Assembly (NCBI GenBank): GCA_965644495.1
Contig: CBFFSA010000008.1
Coordinates: forward strand, 558,001-622,000
Direction: 5' to 3'
Source: Perkinsela sp. CCAP 1560/9
Lineage: Eukaryota > Protista > Euglenozoa: Kinetoplastea
Length of the DNA stretch: 64,000 bases
The translations under genes and the position numbers were made by a program. Under the pieces are notes generated by a model. That model searched no databases. It worked only from the letters and a program-made list of their open reading frames with translations, and was not told where the DNA came from. Position 1 is the stretch's first letter, and each line of letters starts with the position of its first letter. This document shows positions 31,323 through 42,182 of the stretch, piece by piece.

Positions 31323-31643
31323 GGGGGGGGAGGGAGGGGGTTGTGGTGATAGGAGAAAGTGGGATAAAGTGGTTTTAGGGAAGGGTGGGATTTCTCCACG
31401 ATTTATACAGTGTTGGAGTGTACGGAAGGAGTTATACGCTGGAGTAGTACTGTAGTATTGTAATTGATTGATTTAGCATTTACGTGCATCTACTTATTTA
31501 TTACATTCTTATCTTATTACAAGATTTGTATTTTTCATTTATCTGTGATGGATGTATGATCATGATAAAAAAGGCATATAAAATAGGGGAATCATTGAGC
31601 CCAATAATAATACATGTATAATTTACTGGATTAAATTCCTCGT

Positions 31644-34600
31644 CTAAGACATATCCTCCATGATGACTTCGAGTGCACTCCTTGGGAAGTGTGCGCCTGA
31701 CTTTTCTGTCCACATTTTCTCCTCTGATGTTCGTTGAATATCTTTCATATCGTTGGGTTCATTGCGCACACGCAAGCTGCTTATGGCACTAGAAATACAC
31801 TCGTGCAGTACATCGGATCTCGTGGTTCGCTTAACGTACGACGTCACTGCTTTTCGAAGTGTTTGCCGTTCTGATTCCTTATCGTGCTGTTTGAGCCTCA
31901 GAACTTTTCCAGCAACTCGGATGGCCAACGCCTCATCAAGAGGAGCACTACACGTAGAATTCAGGACATCCAGACTGTGCCGAAGCGCACGATCATAGAG
32001 GTTGACCTCTGTGCTTTCTGTTATTGATAAATAGCCGTCTAACACAGCCAATTGTAGGCAAACAGGATGTGAATCATATTGTAGCTCAATCAAATTCAAA
32101 GTGTCGTTATTTTTTTCCATATATGCCATAAGAATTCCGCGCAAAATAGCTATTGAGCAATCATCAGCAAAGGAATTTTGCGAGAAATGGAGTGCGGATG
32201 TATTTTCCACAATCTGACTTAAGACGTTGGCACTCACTTTGGAGCAATCGGTTCGCAGCATCATGGATATCGCGCGCACTGTAGTTAGGGAACAAGTACC
32301 ATCTAATTGTCCGCCTTGCAATATCAAACGAATGTAAGAGCTGATGTCACTACCTTTGAACTGGTAATTACAAAGCGCGTATACATATTCCAGGTACGCC
32401 ATGCGAAGCGGTTTGTCTCTATTTCGTAGCACTTTGCTAGAAAAAGCTCCCAGAACGGAAAGAATAGTAGGTCGAAACGTATTGAAATGAACTCGCGTCG
32501 CTAAAAAGGTAAAAATCTTGATAAACGATTTTATTGACAAAAAATCCGAGGACTGTAAACCGAAACGGAGAATGCGACCGGCGATATGTGCATTGTACTT
32601 GTCAAGTACTCCATCTTTTAGGAGTTCGAGAAGACTACACAGATTATCGGTCGCGACGTTAACGTTCTCAGAGATGGTCGGCTGTATAATCGCACTTAAG
32701 TAAAATGTCAATATTGGATACAGTCCTTCTTCCAGTTCAAGTCCAGGTATGGAATTACTGTGTAACAAGGCAGCTTGTCTCATGGATTGTATGCAGCCAT
32801 CTAATGCAGGAAAAAAATCGGCAATAGCCCTGGCACCATTGCCTACTGCTTTACTATCGTCAGCGTCCGCACATCGTTGTATGACCCGAAGTATGGTCCA
32901 TAAGAATTTTTTTGTAGACTTGAGAACGCCGTTATTCTCACTATCATAGTGCGGGACAACGCGATGAATATTCGAAGTTATAAAACTCTTCCAAGGCCAA
33001 TCACTTTTCAGTGCGCAAGTAAAGGCAGTTATCAAATTAATCTGGGCTGCAATCTCTTTTTGACGTGAATGACTTCTTGTTATAATTGGGCTTACAACGT
33101 CGAGACTCTCAGGGCCAATGTCCACACATATCTTCTCCAGTAGATCCGTAAATGGGAGAACACCGCTTTTCTCAGACAACAGAACTCGAAATGTGAGATC
33201 GACAAACTCATTCAAAATTTCTTCACTATCTTCCATCGTCCTGGCTAAGTACGCGGCGTGTAACACTTTAACATCGCATTTCGCCAAATTCTCTTCAGAT
33301 TCTACAATATAAGCAAAAGCTCGTATTAAGGCGCCCCATACCATTCTTGGTCTATCTTCGGCTAGAAAATTAATCAGAAGTACGCAGGTATCTATGTGAG
33401 TTGAAGTGAAACACAAAACTTGTTTTGCTGATTTCGCCAAAAATAAGGCTCCGTTCGAGGAGCAGGCTGCTTCCCACAATAGTTTCATTGGTGACCTCAG
33501 CTCTGGTTTGTCAATATACTTCAGTGAAATGTGAACGAGGGATTCTGGTATCCCATTTTGCGACTGCCAATTCGAGTAACGCAAAATGCAAGCCATTCCA
33601 ATGATTATGTTCCCAATGGAATCTATTTTCGGATTTGTTAATGAACTTTTTTCAAACAGAAAATACACTTTGTCAAGTAATTTGCTCTCGAGATCCTTGA
33701 GATGCGAAACTGCTCGCTCCATTGTCGCGTGATTGATATCTTCTCCTGAGATTGACAACATTAGTAGATACTCTCCTACTGTCTCCCCAAATTTCAAGTA
33801 ATCACTTAATCCGTCCGAGAACAATTTCCACAATACATTAGATCGCGTCCTTGTACCTAAGCACTCGCTGGAGCGCAGTACAAAAAGCGCCGCAAGCAAT
33901 GATTTGTACGATTCACCGAATGCCGATGCGCTCATTTCCTGAAGTTCTTTGATCTCGCATGCTGCAGTCGGAAATTTGTCAACTTTATCGGATGAATCAG
34001 ATGCCAACAAGGGTGCAGCTACACCTTTTGTTGAGAAGCTCATTAAAATCGTGTAAATCAGTTGAACACATACGCTTCTGACTTCTTCCAGTGGAGACCA
34101 TAATCCTGCACTAAGTATACCCAAAGTTTGCGAACTTTTCTCGTAACTCAATGATTTCACTATCGTTGTTGCGGCCTCCACAGCAGCCAGGCGTACCTGG
34201 CGATCTTCATCGGTAACACATTGAAGGATTCTGGGAACGAAATGGGGACTGATCTTACTTGACTTTTCTTCCAAGCTCGCAAAACTTTGTCCCAAAAACA
34301 GTACAAAACCTTCACGAATGGCAGGATGAACACTTTTTAGTCCAGAGTCAATGCGGGAAAGAAAGGAGTTGTCTGTTAAAGCAGCTTCGCTGATACCGCA
34401 CGCCAGGGTACGAGCACAGGCTGCGCGAGTTTGAAAATCAACAGCTGAGTCAGAAAGTTTCTGCAAATACGACGATAGAATCTGATCCAATTCACCGGTG
34501 CTCATAGCAAGGGCGATTAAAGCGCGAGAACCCGTAATTCGTGTTTCGAAATCAGGATCGCAAGCCACTTTCCATAATGCATCATGGAGTGCGGATTTAT

Positions 34601-37600
34601 ATGGCTCTATTGAATGAACACCCTGAACTAAGTGCAGTAGGACAGAACTAATACGAGCAGACTTCATCTTCGTAGTCGAGTTCGAAGCCCGTAGTCCCTT
34701 AAGTAGCACAGGAACTAGAAGAGCCAACGACGCCGATCCAAGAACTTTCTGAAAATTTATAGAAAAAATGATATCCAGAGCGTCATCCAGGCCTTTTGAA
34801 GGGGTTTTTAAAGGAGCTAAAAGTACGTCAATTTGTGAGCGAATTTCTTCGTTTGCTAAACTGCCGACTCGACGAAGAGCTGATAAAGCTCCCTGTGATA
34901 CTTTCTCATGAGTTTCACATAGGAGTTCAATTAGAAATGGTGCTAACGAAGAGATTGCTTTTTCGACATTTGTCGACCGCTGCACAAGTAGATATTCAAT
35001 CATATCTATCAAATGTAGTCGAACGCGCCAGTCGGCTGCGGAAAGGCATTTTCCAATAATCGGAGTCATTTGTGACACCCCAATACTACTCATATGTGCT
35101 GCCAAAGTGCGAAACGTACTGTTTGAATGATGAAAATTAACATCTGAGCTGCTGCGAATAAGTAACTCAAACGTTGAAAGCACAAAAGGTTCGACCAAGC
35201 GTCCAAAGGTCAGAACAAGGGCTGTAAGTAGCTCGTGGACTGCAATCTTGGCACTGACAGACTCGGACCGCAAATTTTCTTCCATATCGGAGAAAACGAT
35301 TTTGAGTAATGGGTGTTGTAATCCGACACCCTTAATTACTGAGGCAACTATGAATGAATGTGCTTGTCTCTTGTTATGATGCTCACTTTTTTTAATATTG
35401 AACAGCGCCTTATAGCTCTTCTGAAAAATTGTTTCGTAAAAATCTTTCTGAGTCGCATACTTTTTGCATAGCATCGAGATAATTTGCGAAGCAGAATTAT
35501 GGTAATCAATGCAGGAGAACTGCTCGACAAAGTTCGTTAATTTTTCAACGGATTGCATTATAATGGACGTGTCATCTAGGGCACGAAGCCCCGTACCATA
35601 ATGATGCATGATGGCCAAACCCTTGTGTTTGACAAGATCATCCCCAAGAAAATCATTTTTGATTTTCATGCGCCATATCGGATGTTCGTTCAATATTCCT
35701 ACTAATTTCATGGCAGATTCTTCCTGCATAGAACCAAATAATTTAGTCCCACATAGTAAACTCTTTTGAAAGTAGTCCAACGATGTGAGAATTGAATCAA
35801 TGAGAAGAATGTCTATCAATTTGGTGATATTGCCGCAGTTCAAGCCGATGCTCACTTCAAATTGCATCGCTGACAAGGCAACGAGAGCTCCATCTACAAG
35901 ACAGGGGGATTCAACATCGGATCGAAGCACTTGAATCATCAAAGATAAAACATTAGATGAAGCGATGTCCCGAGCTTGCAAATCTCCCAGCGTACGGCCT
36001 GCTGCCGTACATAACCCAGGATTTTTAAGTTGATCACACAAGAAAGGAACATCACTGGCATTCAACTGCGAGTGCATCTTCTGACCAATGCTCCTGGCAG
36101 TAGAGGAAACTGAGTCACACTCGTCATGAGCAAGAACGTGTATTATTCGTTGCGCATCACCGTTAAAAATTTCTGGGTTGAGAGTTGACATGGATGCGCA
36201 CGCAAGTTCTCGAATTTTTGAGTTTGAGTGAGAAAGGTAAGGAACAACAATATTCTCGTTTCTTTGGGCATTGATCTTAAACCCTTCAACAAGGGTTTTG
36301 GCAGCTGCTTCCTTCAGAAGATCCCTTGTATCAATAATATAGCATAACAAGGATATCAGGTCACAATCATTTGCAGAATCCCACAATGAATCAGTCATAT
36401 TGATTATTGAGAGCGCAGCATGTTCAGTTGGGAAGCTAAATTTCTTCGAACTTGAGTTCCTATTTACATGATTGTAAAACCAACGCACGATAGAAATATA
36501 GTCCTCATTAGAGTTCAAGGCACCTTGTGCATCACGTAGAAGAAAGCTTGCTTCACTGGGCAAACATCTAAACACGAATCTCACAATCCGGATAAAAACT
36601 TTTAGTTCAACTTGGTTGAGTCGTGAGTTCGCTAAGCGTCGGAGAACATAATCGGTAAACAGCATATCATTATCGTACGTGACGCGAGAGGGCTCGAAAC
36701 ACCCAACAAAAATTCGAACGAATAATCGTGCAACCTCACGGGCTGACGATGATGCATGTTTTCCAAAACGAAGCAAAAGAATTTCCACAGTTTTGTTAAG
36801 TTGGTGAATTATTGAAGAAATGAAAATAGAAGGATATTTCAGCAAGCTCAGTGTTGAATCAATAAATCGGTTACCTATCTGACGATCCCTGTCCATCTGC
36901 CTGTCGCAGAAGTGGGTAGCGAATGCTATAAGTTGCAAAAATATACGTACCGGATGATAAATTGCCGAAGAATTGATTGACCTACCTTTCTCCAAAATGA
37001 GGGACCGTAAATCTTTTTCACGATTTTCTGTTTGATCTCCTGATTTTTCTGTATTATTCGGAGTGTCTTTCGTATCATGGCAAAAAAGTTCTTTCGGCAG
37101 CAGTCTCATATTCTTAGACAAATATGACACGAATTCGCTTCGGAGTAGCGCGTCCTCAGATGCAACTGAAAATATGAGATCTAATGGAGACATGTGTTTG
37201 GAAATTCCTCGCAGATATCCGTCTAACGCTAAACTGGCATCTTCAATCTGTGCGTAAACCTCTTCAACGGGAAGGAAGCAAAGAAAAATTCCGAATGATG
37301 AGCTCATTACTTTAAGGGATAGAGGTCCGAAATTATGCGAGGACAATAGAAATTCGTGCATGAACTTCGATATCGATGTTCGATGAAGTGAAAAAGTTGG
37401 AATAGTCTTCGCAAGAGGTGGAACTTCTTTTCTGATACATGATACCAGATTTTTGACTTCGCTGGCGCTCTGCTCTGTATAATCGGAAGTGGAATTCCTC
37501 ATCGCACTTAACACAGTGAGTATTATCAACTCTAGTAGGATGTAGTCGATTCCGTTAGACTGGGAAGTTTTGGCAAAAAAGCGGATCAGGATTTCCCACG

Positions 37601-39677
37601 CTGTTTTTCGGAGCGAATATGCGAATTTTGTTCTTGGCTTTTCATCTCGTCGTTGCGTCATTGAATCCCAAAAGTCGGAAGATTCCCACAAAGGCAAACG
37701 AGCGGTCGTTTTGCCTTGTTTTCCTTCTGTTTTATAATTTTCCTTTTCAGACACAGTGCATACTTTCTGCTCTGTAAGTGTCTTCGCTAAAACATCCCAA
37801 AGTAATATCACGTTGGGAACGCTTTCGATATACTGCCACGCGTGCACAAGAACACTGCAGGCCTTCTTTTGGACCTCAATTTCACTACGAACTGTGCACT
37901 GGCAGATGAATTCAAGAAGGATAACCAACTCAGCCCGTGTAATACTTTTGTTGAACAACTGAAAGATATGTTCAATAACACCAAGAAGAGCTACTGATGC
38001 TAGTGAGGATGTCATTACCCGAGAGAGCACTTGTTGTCCTAGTAATTTCGTGAAAGGAATCTCACCCCAGGAGGAGTCTCTCCATATGATTTCAATCGGA
38101 ATACTGGTACTCTTCTTTTCGGTTGGAATATTAACGTCAGCCCACTTTATTAATTCAAGACTTAAAGCCGCTATTACTAAGCATTGTGGTTTCAATGCGC
38201 ACTTCTTCCACAATGCTTTGCAGCACTCATGAACGTCCTTCGTATTTAACTCCATTCTCGCAGCGGCGCATATGATCACTGTCATAAACTCCACGTACTC
38301 CGAACCAATGTCGGCAGGCAGATTCTGGACCTCCTTTTTGAATACATGCATAATGAATGCAGCATCGGAATAAAGAGTGGAAACAATTCGCATACCAAGG
38401 ATTCGAATGCTCAGAGGCCCAGTAGTGCTTATCCTCCTCAATGATTCAGGCAGGGGAATAGGTAATGGTTGAAGCTTGGAAGACTTCAGACGTTCACAGT
38501 CATACATAGCGGAGACAATCATTTGTAGTGTGCCTTTCTGTCTGTTACTAACTGCACTATCTATAATATCGAACATTGGCGTTAAAATTAGCTCGAATCC
38601 AGGAAAGTGAACAGCTTTGTGTACTAAAATTTGCATCAAACCTCTTGCAAATAAATTGGGGACCTCCCGCATCACGCATGCCAATAAATTTTTCAATAAT
38701 CCGTTTAAAATGTGCAAAGGCAGCCATTCCAATATTTTGAACGGGATAGCCAGAAGAACGTCGTTGCCGGGCAATGTGGTCAACTGCTCAGTTTTTCGAA
38801 GCAAAGGCAAAAAACATTTGTTCACTATGTTGGTCAAGTCCGGGTCGTTTACGCTCGTAGCAATATCGACCTTAGCTCCGGAGGACCATTTTTGAATTCC
38901 CAAAACATGTAACGTAATGTTCGCGTGTTCTGAAACAGGTCTTACAGCCCACAGAAATGACACTGTCGAATCCAAAAGCATGTTCTCTATCATCTCGACA
39001 TTGGACCACTGCGAACAAAATACGTGACTCTGCAGTTTTGTACGACCCTTTGCAGCACTTACAATTCTATAGAAAACCTGTGTATCCACGCGTGCAAGAT
39101 AGGCCACATGCTCTTCTATGCTACTGCTGAGATCACTCGTTACGGATTGCTCCAACTTCGCAAAGCAGAGCCAATCGAACAACATTCTGTAAAATTGGAG
39201 CAATGCTCTTCTATGCGATTGGTACCGAAGATCAAAAGTCGTGTTCTTGTACCACTCATGAGCCATTGTCACGTCTATAAGTAAGTCATCGGAAATTTCC
39301 AGATAATTGGAAAATATGCTGACCTGGCGCAGCAAATCGCTTAATAGGCAGTAGTTGCGCGGAGATTTTAGTTCTTCACCAGAAGTTAGCGTACAAAGGG
39401 CCAAATCACTGTCCATACATGCCAAAGTAGTTTCCGTTGCAAAGTGTATGGGGCTGTGTAGACACAGACGCACAATAGATTTTGTCACACATTTGGCGCA
39501 TTCTGCAAACTCTCCTGTGCATGTAGGTTTGTGCACCCCCCGACAGGTTTTATTGTAGCGCTTCAGCAAGCCGATAATTTCGATACAATTTTGTTCAAGA
39601 TGACCTTCATTATGTGAATTAATCAGGTCATTCCACTTTGCTTCGAGGTCCCACTTTTCAGACTCCTTAAAATCCAT
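31644..39677 (-). CDS. GCN1: Large HEAT-repeat protein, GCN1-like
   Basis: 2677 aa, the typical GCN1 size. Motifs GRLVEPFV, WRVR, ETHEKV, SLALLVPVLLKGL, DP..ETR and IREGF match the central GCN1 HEAT repeats. Confidence 0.72.
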   Translation of the reverse strand: MDFKESEKWDLEAKWNDLINSHNEGHLEQNCIEIIGLLKRYNKTCRGVHKPTCTGEFAECAKCVTKSIVRLCLHSPIHFATETTLACMDSDLALCTLTSGEELKSPRNYCLLSDLLRQVSIFSNYLEISDDLLIDVTMAHEWYKNTTFDLRYQSHRRALLQFYRMLFDWLCFAKLEQSVTSDLSSSIEEHVAYLARVDTQVFYRIVSAAKGRTKLQSHVFCSQWSNVEMIENMLLDSTVSFLWAVRPVSEHANITLHVLGIQKWSSGAKVDIATSVNDPDLTNIVNKCFLPLLRKTEQLTTLPGNDVLLAIPFKILEWLPLHILNGLLKNLLACVMREVPNLFARGLMQILVHKAVHFPGFELILTPMFDIIDSAVSNRQKGTLQMIVSAMYDCERLKSSKLQPLPIPLPESLRRISTTGPLSIRILGMRIVSTLYSDAAFIMHVFKKEVQNLPADIGSEYVEFMTVIICAAARMELNTKDVHECCKALWKKCALKPQCLVIAALSLELIKWADVNIPTEKKSTSIPIEIIWRDSSWGEIPFTKLLGQQVLSRVMTSSLASVALLGVIEHIFQLFNKSITRAELVILLEFICQCTVRSEIEVQKKACSVLVHAWQYIESVPNVILLWDVLAKTLTEQKVCTVSEKENYKTEGKQGKTTARLPLWESSDFWDSMTQRRDEKPRTKFAYSLRKTAWEILIRFFAKTSQSNGIDYILLELIILTVLSAMRNSTSDYTEQSASEVKNLVSCIRKEVPPLAKTIPTFSLHRTSISKFMHEFLLSSHNFGPLSLKVMSSSFGIFLCFLPVEEVYAQIEDASLALDGYLRGISKHMSPLDLIFSVASEDALLRSEFVSYLSKNMRLLPKELFCHDTKDTPNNTEKSGDQTENREKDLRSLILEKGRSINSSAIYHPVRIFLQLIAFATHFCDRQMDRDRQIGNRFIDSTLSLLKYPSIFISSIIHQLNKTVEILLLRFGKHASSSAREVARLFVRIFVGCFEPSRVTYDNDMLFTDYVLRRLANSRLNQVELKVFIRIVRFVFRCLPSEASFLLRDAQGALNSNEDYISIVRWFYNHVNRNSSSKKFSFPTEHAALSIINMTDSLWDSANDCDLISLLCYIIDTRDLLKEAAAKTLVEGFKINAQRNENIVVPYLSHSNSKIRELACASMSTLNPEIFNGDAQRIIHVLAHDECDSVSSTARSIGQKMHSQLNASDVPFLCDQLKNPGLCTAAGRTLGDLQARDIASSNVLSLMIQVLRSDVESPCLVDGALVALSAMQFEVSIGLNCGNITKLIDILLIDSILTSLDYFQKSLLCGTKLFGSMQEESAMKLVGILNEHPIWRMKIKNDFLGDDLVKHKGLAIMHHYGTGLRALDDTSIIMQSVEKLTNFVEQFSCIDYHNSASQIISMLCKKYATQKDFYETIFQKSYKALFNIKKSEHHNKRQAHSFIVASVIKGVGLQHPLLKIVFSDMEENLRSESVSAKIAVHELLTALVLTFGRLVEPFVLSTFELLIRSSSDVNFHHSNSTFRTLAAHMSSIGVSQMTPIIGKCLSAADWRVRLHLIDMIEYLLVQRSTNVEKAISSLAPFLIELLCETHEKVSQGALSALRRVGSLANEEIRSQIDVLLAPLKTPSKGLDDALDIIFSINFQKVLGSASLALLVPVLLKGLRASNSTTKMKSARISSVLLHLVQGVHSIEPYKSALHDALWKVACDPDFETRITGSRALIALAMSTGELDQILSSYLQKLSDSAVDFQTRAACARTLACGISEAALTDNSFLSRIDSGLKSVHPAIREGFVLFLGQSFASLEEKSSKISPHFVPRILQCVTDEDRQVRLAAVEAATTIVKSLSYEKSSQTLGILSAGLWSPLEEVRSVCVQLIYTILMSFSTKGVAAPLLASDSSDKVDKFPTAACEIKELQEMSASAFGESYKSLLAALFVLRSSECLGTRTRSNVLWKLFSDGLSDYLKFGETVGEYLLMLSISGEDINHATMERAVSHLKDLESKLLDKVYFLFEKSSLTNPKIDSIGNIIIGMACILRYSNWQSQNGIPESLVHISLKYIDKPELRSPMKLLWEAACSSNGALFLAKSAKQVLCFTSTHIDTCVLLINFLAEDRPRMVWGALIRAFAYIVESEENLAKCDVKVLHAAYLARTMEDSEEILNEFVDLTFRVLLSEKSGVLPFTDLLEKICVDIGPESLDVVSPIITRSHSRQKEIAAQINLITAFTCALKSDWPWKSFITSNIHRVVPHYDSENNGVLKSTKKFLWTILRVIQRCADADDSKAVGNGARAIADFFPALDGCIQSMRQAALLHSNSIPGLELEEGLYPILTFYLSAIIQPTISENVNVATDNLCSLLELLKDGVLDKYNAHIAGRILRFGLQSSDFLSIKSFIKIFTFLATRVHFNTFRPTILSVLGAFSSKVLRNRDKPLRMAYLEYVYALCNYQFKGSDISSYIRLILQGGQLDGTCSLTTVRAISMMLRTDCSKVSANVLSQIVENTSALHFSQNSFADDCSIAILRGILMAYMEKNNDTLNLIELQYDSHPVCLQLAVLDGYLSITESTEVNLYDRALRHSLDVLNSTCSAPLDEALAIRVAGKVLRLKQHDKESERQTLRKAVTSYVKRTTRSDVLHECISSAISSLRVRNEPNDMKDIQRTSEEKMWTEKSGAHFPRSALEVIMEDMS

Positions 39678-39826
39678 TGGAAATTAAAGTTGACAAAACC
39701 AATCGAGTGAAATAATCGAGAGAAAAGTGAAGTAAATTTACATGAAAGACATTTTTAAGGACGTGTAGTAAAAAATCCAACTTTTTCACCCAAAAAAATA
39801 GATTATTCATGGTCCTTCGGCCATTT

Positions 39827-39932
39827 TTCTTTTTTAGGCTCTTCGTTAAACGCGGCAGTAGTTTTCAACGCGAAGCGCGCAGCATGAGTGACTTCTAAGT
39901 TGAAAACAACCACCGCGTTTAACGAAGAGCCT
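39827..39932. mobile_element. Hairpin MITE family C, copy 2 (intergenic)
   Basis: AGGCTCTTCGTTAAACGCGG ... CCGCGTTTAACGAAGAGCCT, near-identical to 2452-2557. Confidence 0.75.
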
Positions 39933-40127
39933 GATATCATAATTAATAAAAGTTGCTCTCCAACAAGCCCAGAGACATGTGAACTCCTATCGCCCACAGA
40001 CCTTCCTTAAGTGTATTCCAAAAAATTTACTTTCAGCTAGCGATACGAAGAGGGTGGGAAATAGAGTAGATCAAATGCATAGTATCTTAGAAAAAAAATC
40101 GGACTACGTTCCATAGAATCACTTTAT

Positions 40128-42122
40128 TCACTGTTCATAAAATTTACTTCTAACGGTTTCCCACTGGGTACCACATCGGCATAGTGAATGTACCACAGCT
40201 GCGACCTCACCCATATCGATACGTATCTGTTCGGTGCTATCACGTTCTCGTAGCGTCACCTTTCCATCACCCACGAGGTCGACAGTAACCGTGAATGGTG
40301 TCCCAATTTCATCAAGGCGGGCGTACTTTTTCCCAACGCTAACGGCACTCTCGTCCGTCTTCGCTCGTAGTCCACACTGTGTCATGTTGCGTAGAACACT
40401 ACGGACATTTTCCATCATTGTGTCCTTTACCATGAGAGGGATAACCGCTACCTCAAAGGGTGCGAGACCAGGGGATAAACTGAATACGGCCCGTTGCTCG
40501 TTCTTTCCACTCTCGTCACGACGTACCCAGTACGATTGTTCGAGCAGAGCGAAAAGCAAGCGACCAATACCAAAAGAAGGCTCAATGACGCTCGGAATGT
40601 AGCTTCGTCCGGTAATTTTTTCAATTCGGTGTTCGAAAGTTACTGCATTCCTGCATATTGTTACGCTGTCATCTGGAGCAATAGATATCGAAAACGAAGC
40701 GTCGTCCGGCATGGCCTCTACTTCTTTCATTTTCTCAAGTGAGAGATTCGAAAGGGCGAGTAGTACCTGATGCGATTTTTTACCAAACACTTTTCCGATG
40801 AGAGGTTTACAAGGTTTACACATATGCCTTAGCTCTTCTCTCGCTTCTGGAAGGGTCTCCCAAAATGTAAGATCTTTTCCCGTTTTGTTGGCATGAGCTG
40901 TAAGATCATACGCTGAGCGATCTGCTATTCCAATCACCTCAACCCAACCGTAGGATGTTAGCAGTTCACAATCCCAACAGTCCTGAGCATAATGAGCCAT
41001 CTCTTTATTGAGATGCTGTCGATATCTCGTGAATTTAACTCCTAAACGTCGTAAAAAGAGTTCTATTCGTCCGAGATAATACCCGACGGTTTCATTGTCA
41101 ATCATCCGGGAAGAAACAGCTTCGCCTATAGTTAGGCACCTGGGAATGCCTGACGCCTCCTGCTCTTCTCGAGTCAAAAGCCAAATCTTTATTTCTGCGA
41201 CGGTGGCAAACTTCTCATGCGACTTGTCTGAAGGATTAACAAAATGCTCGATTTCTGCTAGGGTAAACTCGCGCACTCTAAGCAACGATGCGCGGGGGGA
41301 TATCTCATTCCGAAAGGCAGGTCCGATGGCACAAGCCGCGAACGGTAATCGTGAAACGGAATTTGTTTCCAGCAGTCGTTTGAAGTTTAGACAAATGCCT
41401 TGTGCGAGTTCGGGTCTCAGATAAGCTTTCCGGGTCTTCTCAGGTCCAACATGCGTTTCAAACATTAAGTTAAATTCGAAAGGTTCAGATAACTTGTTAC
41501 CTTCGCTCGACTTCATGTCGTATTTTGCCACCAATTCGCCCAATTCAGTTTTATTTAGGTTGGGAATGATATCTGCTGACACTAAAGGTTCGTCTGATGA
41601 AATTCTTCCGCAGTCGCCATCTAGCTTTGAATTCCGCATTAACCATTCTTGAACAAACTTATCAAGTCTTACACATTCGCCAGTGACTGTGTCGCGTGCC
41701 ATAATGTCATTAAAACGTTGCAGGTGACCGGACGTACTGAATACAACTTCAGGCGTGATACACGAAGGATCAATTTCACACATATTTTCTTCCCGTAAGA
41801 AATGATCTCGCCATTTTTCAAGTACTTGGTATTTTATTGCACACAAGGGAGGGCCAAGGTCATATTGTCCCGAAACACCACCGTAGATATCAAAAGAAGG
41901 ACCAAAAAAGAACCGACGTCGACACGTACCCTCAAAGTCTTCTCTTCTAAACGAAGGTAAACAGTTCGGAAGGGTGGATTGTGAAGTGAGCTTCAAATTG
42001 CTCACCGCATTACATGCATTGTTCATCATCCCAAAACCAAACAGACACAAACAAAGGGCAACAGTGAAATAGAAACGGGATTTAGTGATAAAATATATCG
42101 TGCATGTAAATATTTCTGTCAT
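40128..42122 (-). CDS. GARS: Glycyl-tRNA synthetase (eukaryotic homodimeric type); real start may be 42029
   Basis: FDIYGGV.G.YDLGP, FNLMF, YLRPE.AQG, FRNEISPR..LLRVREF and VIEPSFGIGR, plus an anticodon-binding domain. Confidence 0.95.
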   Translation of the reverse strand: MTEIFTCTIYFITKSRFYFTVALCLCLFGFGMMNNACNAVSNLKLTSQSTLPNCLPSFRREDFEGTCRRRFFFGPSFDIYGGVSGQYDLGPPLCAIKYQVLEKWRDHFLREENMCEIDPSCITPEVVFSTSGHLQRFNDIMARDTVTGECVRLDKFVQEWLMRNSKLDGDCGRISSDEPLVSADIIPNLNKTELGELVAKYDMKSSEGNKLSEPFEFNLMFETHVGPEKTRKAYLRPELAQGICLNFKRLLETNSVSRLPFAACAIGPAFRNEISPRASLLRVREFTLAEIEHFVNPSDKSHEKFATVAEIKIWLLTREEQEASGIPRCLTIGEAVSSRMIDNETVGYYLGRIELFLRRLGVKFTRYRQHLNKEMAHYAQDCWDCELLTSYGWVEVIGIADRSAYDLTAHANKTGKDLTFWETLPEAREELRHMCKPCKPLIGKVFGKKSHQVLLALSNLSLEKMKEVEAMPDDASFSISIAPDDSVTICRNAVTFEHRIEKITGRSYIPSVIEPSFGIGRLLFALLEQSYWVRRDESGKNEQRAVFSLSPGLAPFEVAVIPLMVKDTMMENVRSVLRNMTQCGLRAKTDESAVSVGKKYARLDEIGTPFTVTVDLVGDGKVTLRERDSTEQIRIDMGEVAAVVHSLCRCGTQWETVRSKFYEQ

Positions 42123-42182
42123 GCATACATTATACAGTATAGTTTTGTGGAACAGAATCTGTAATACAATCTGTATGTATTA

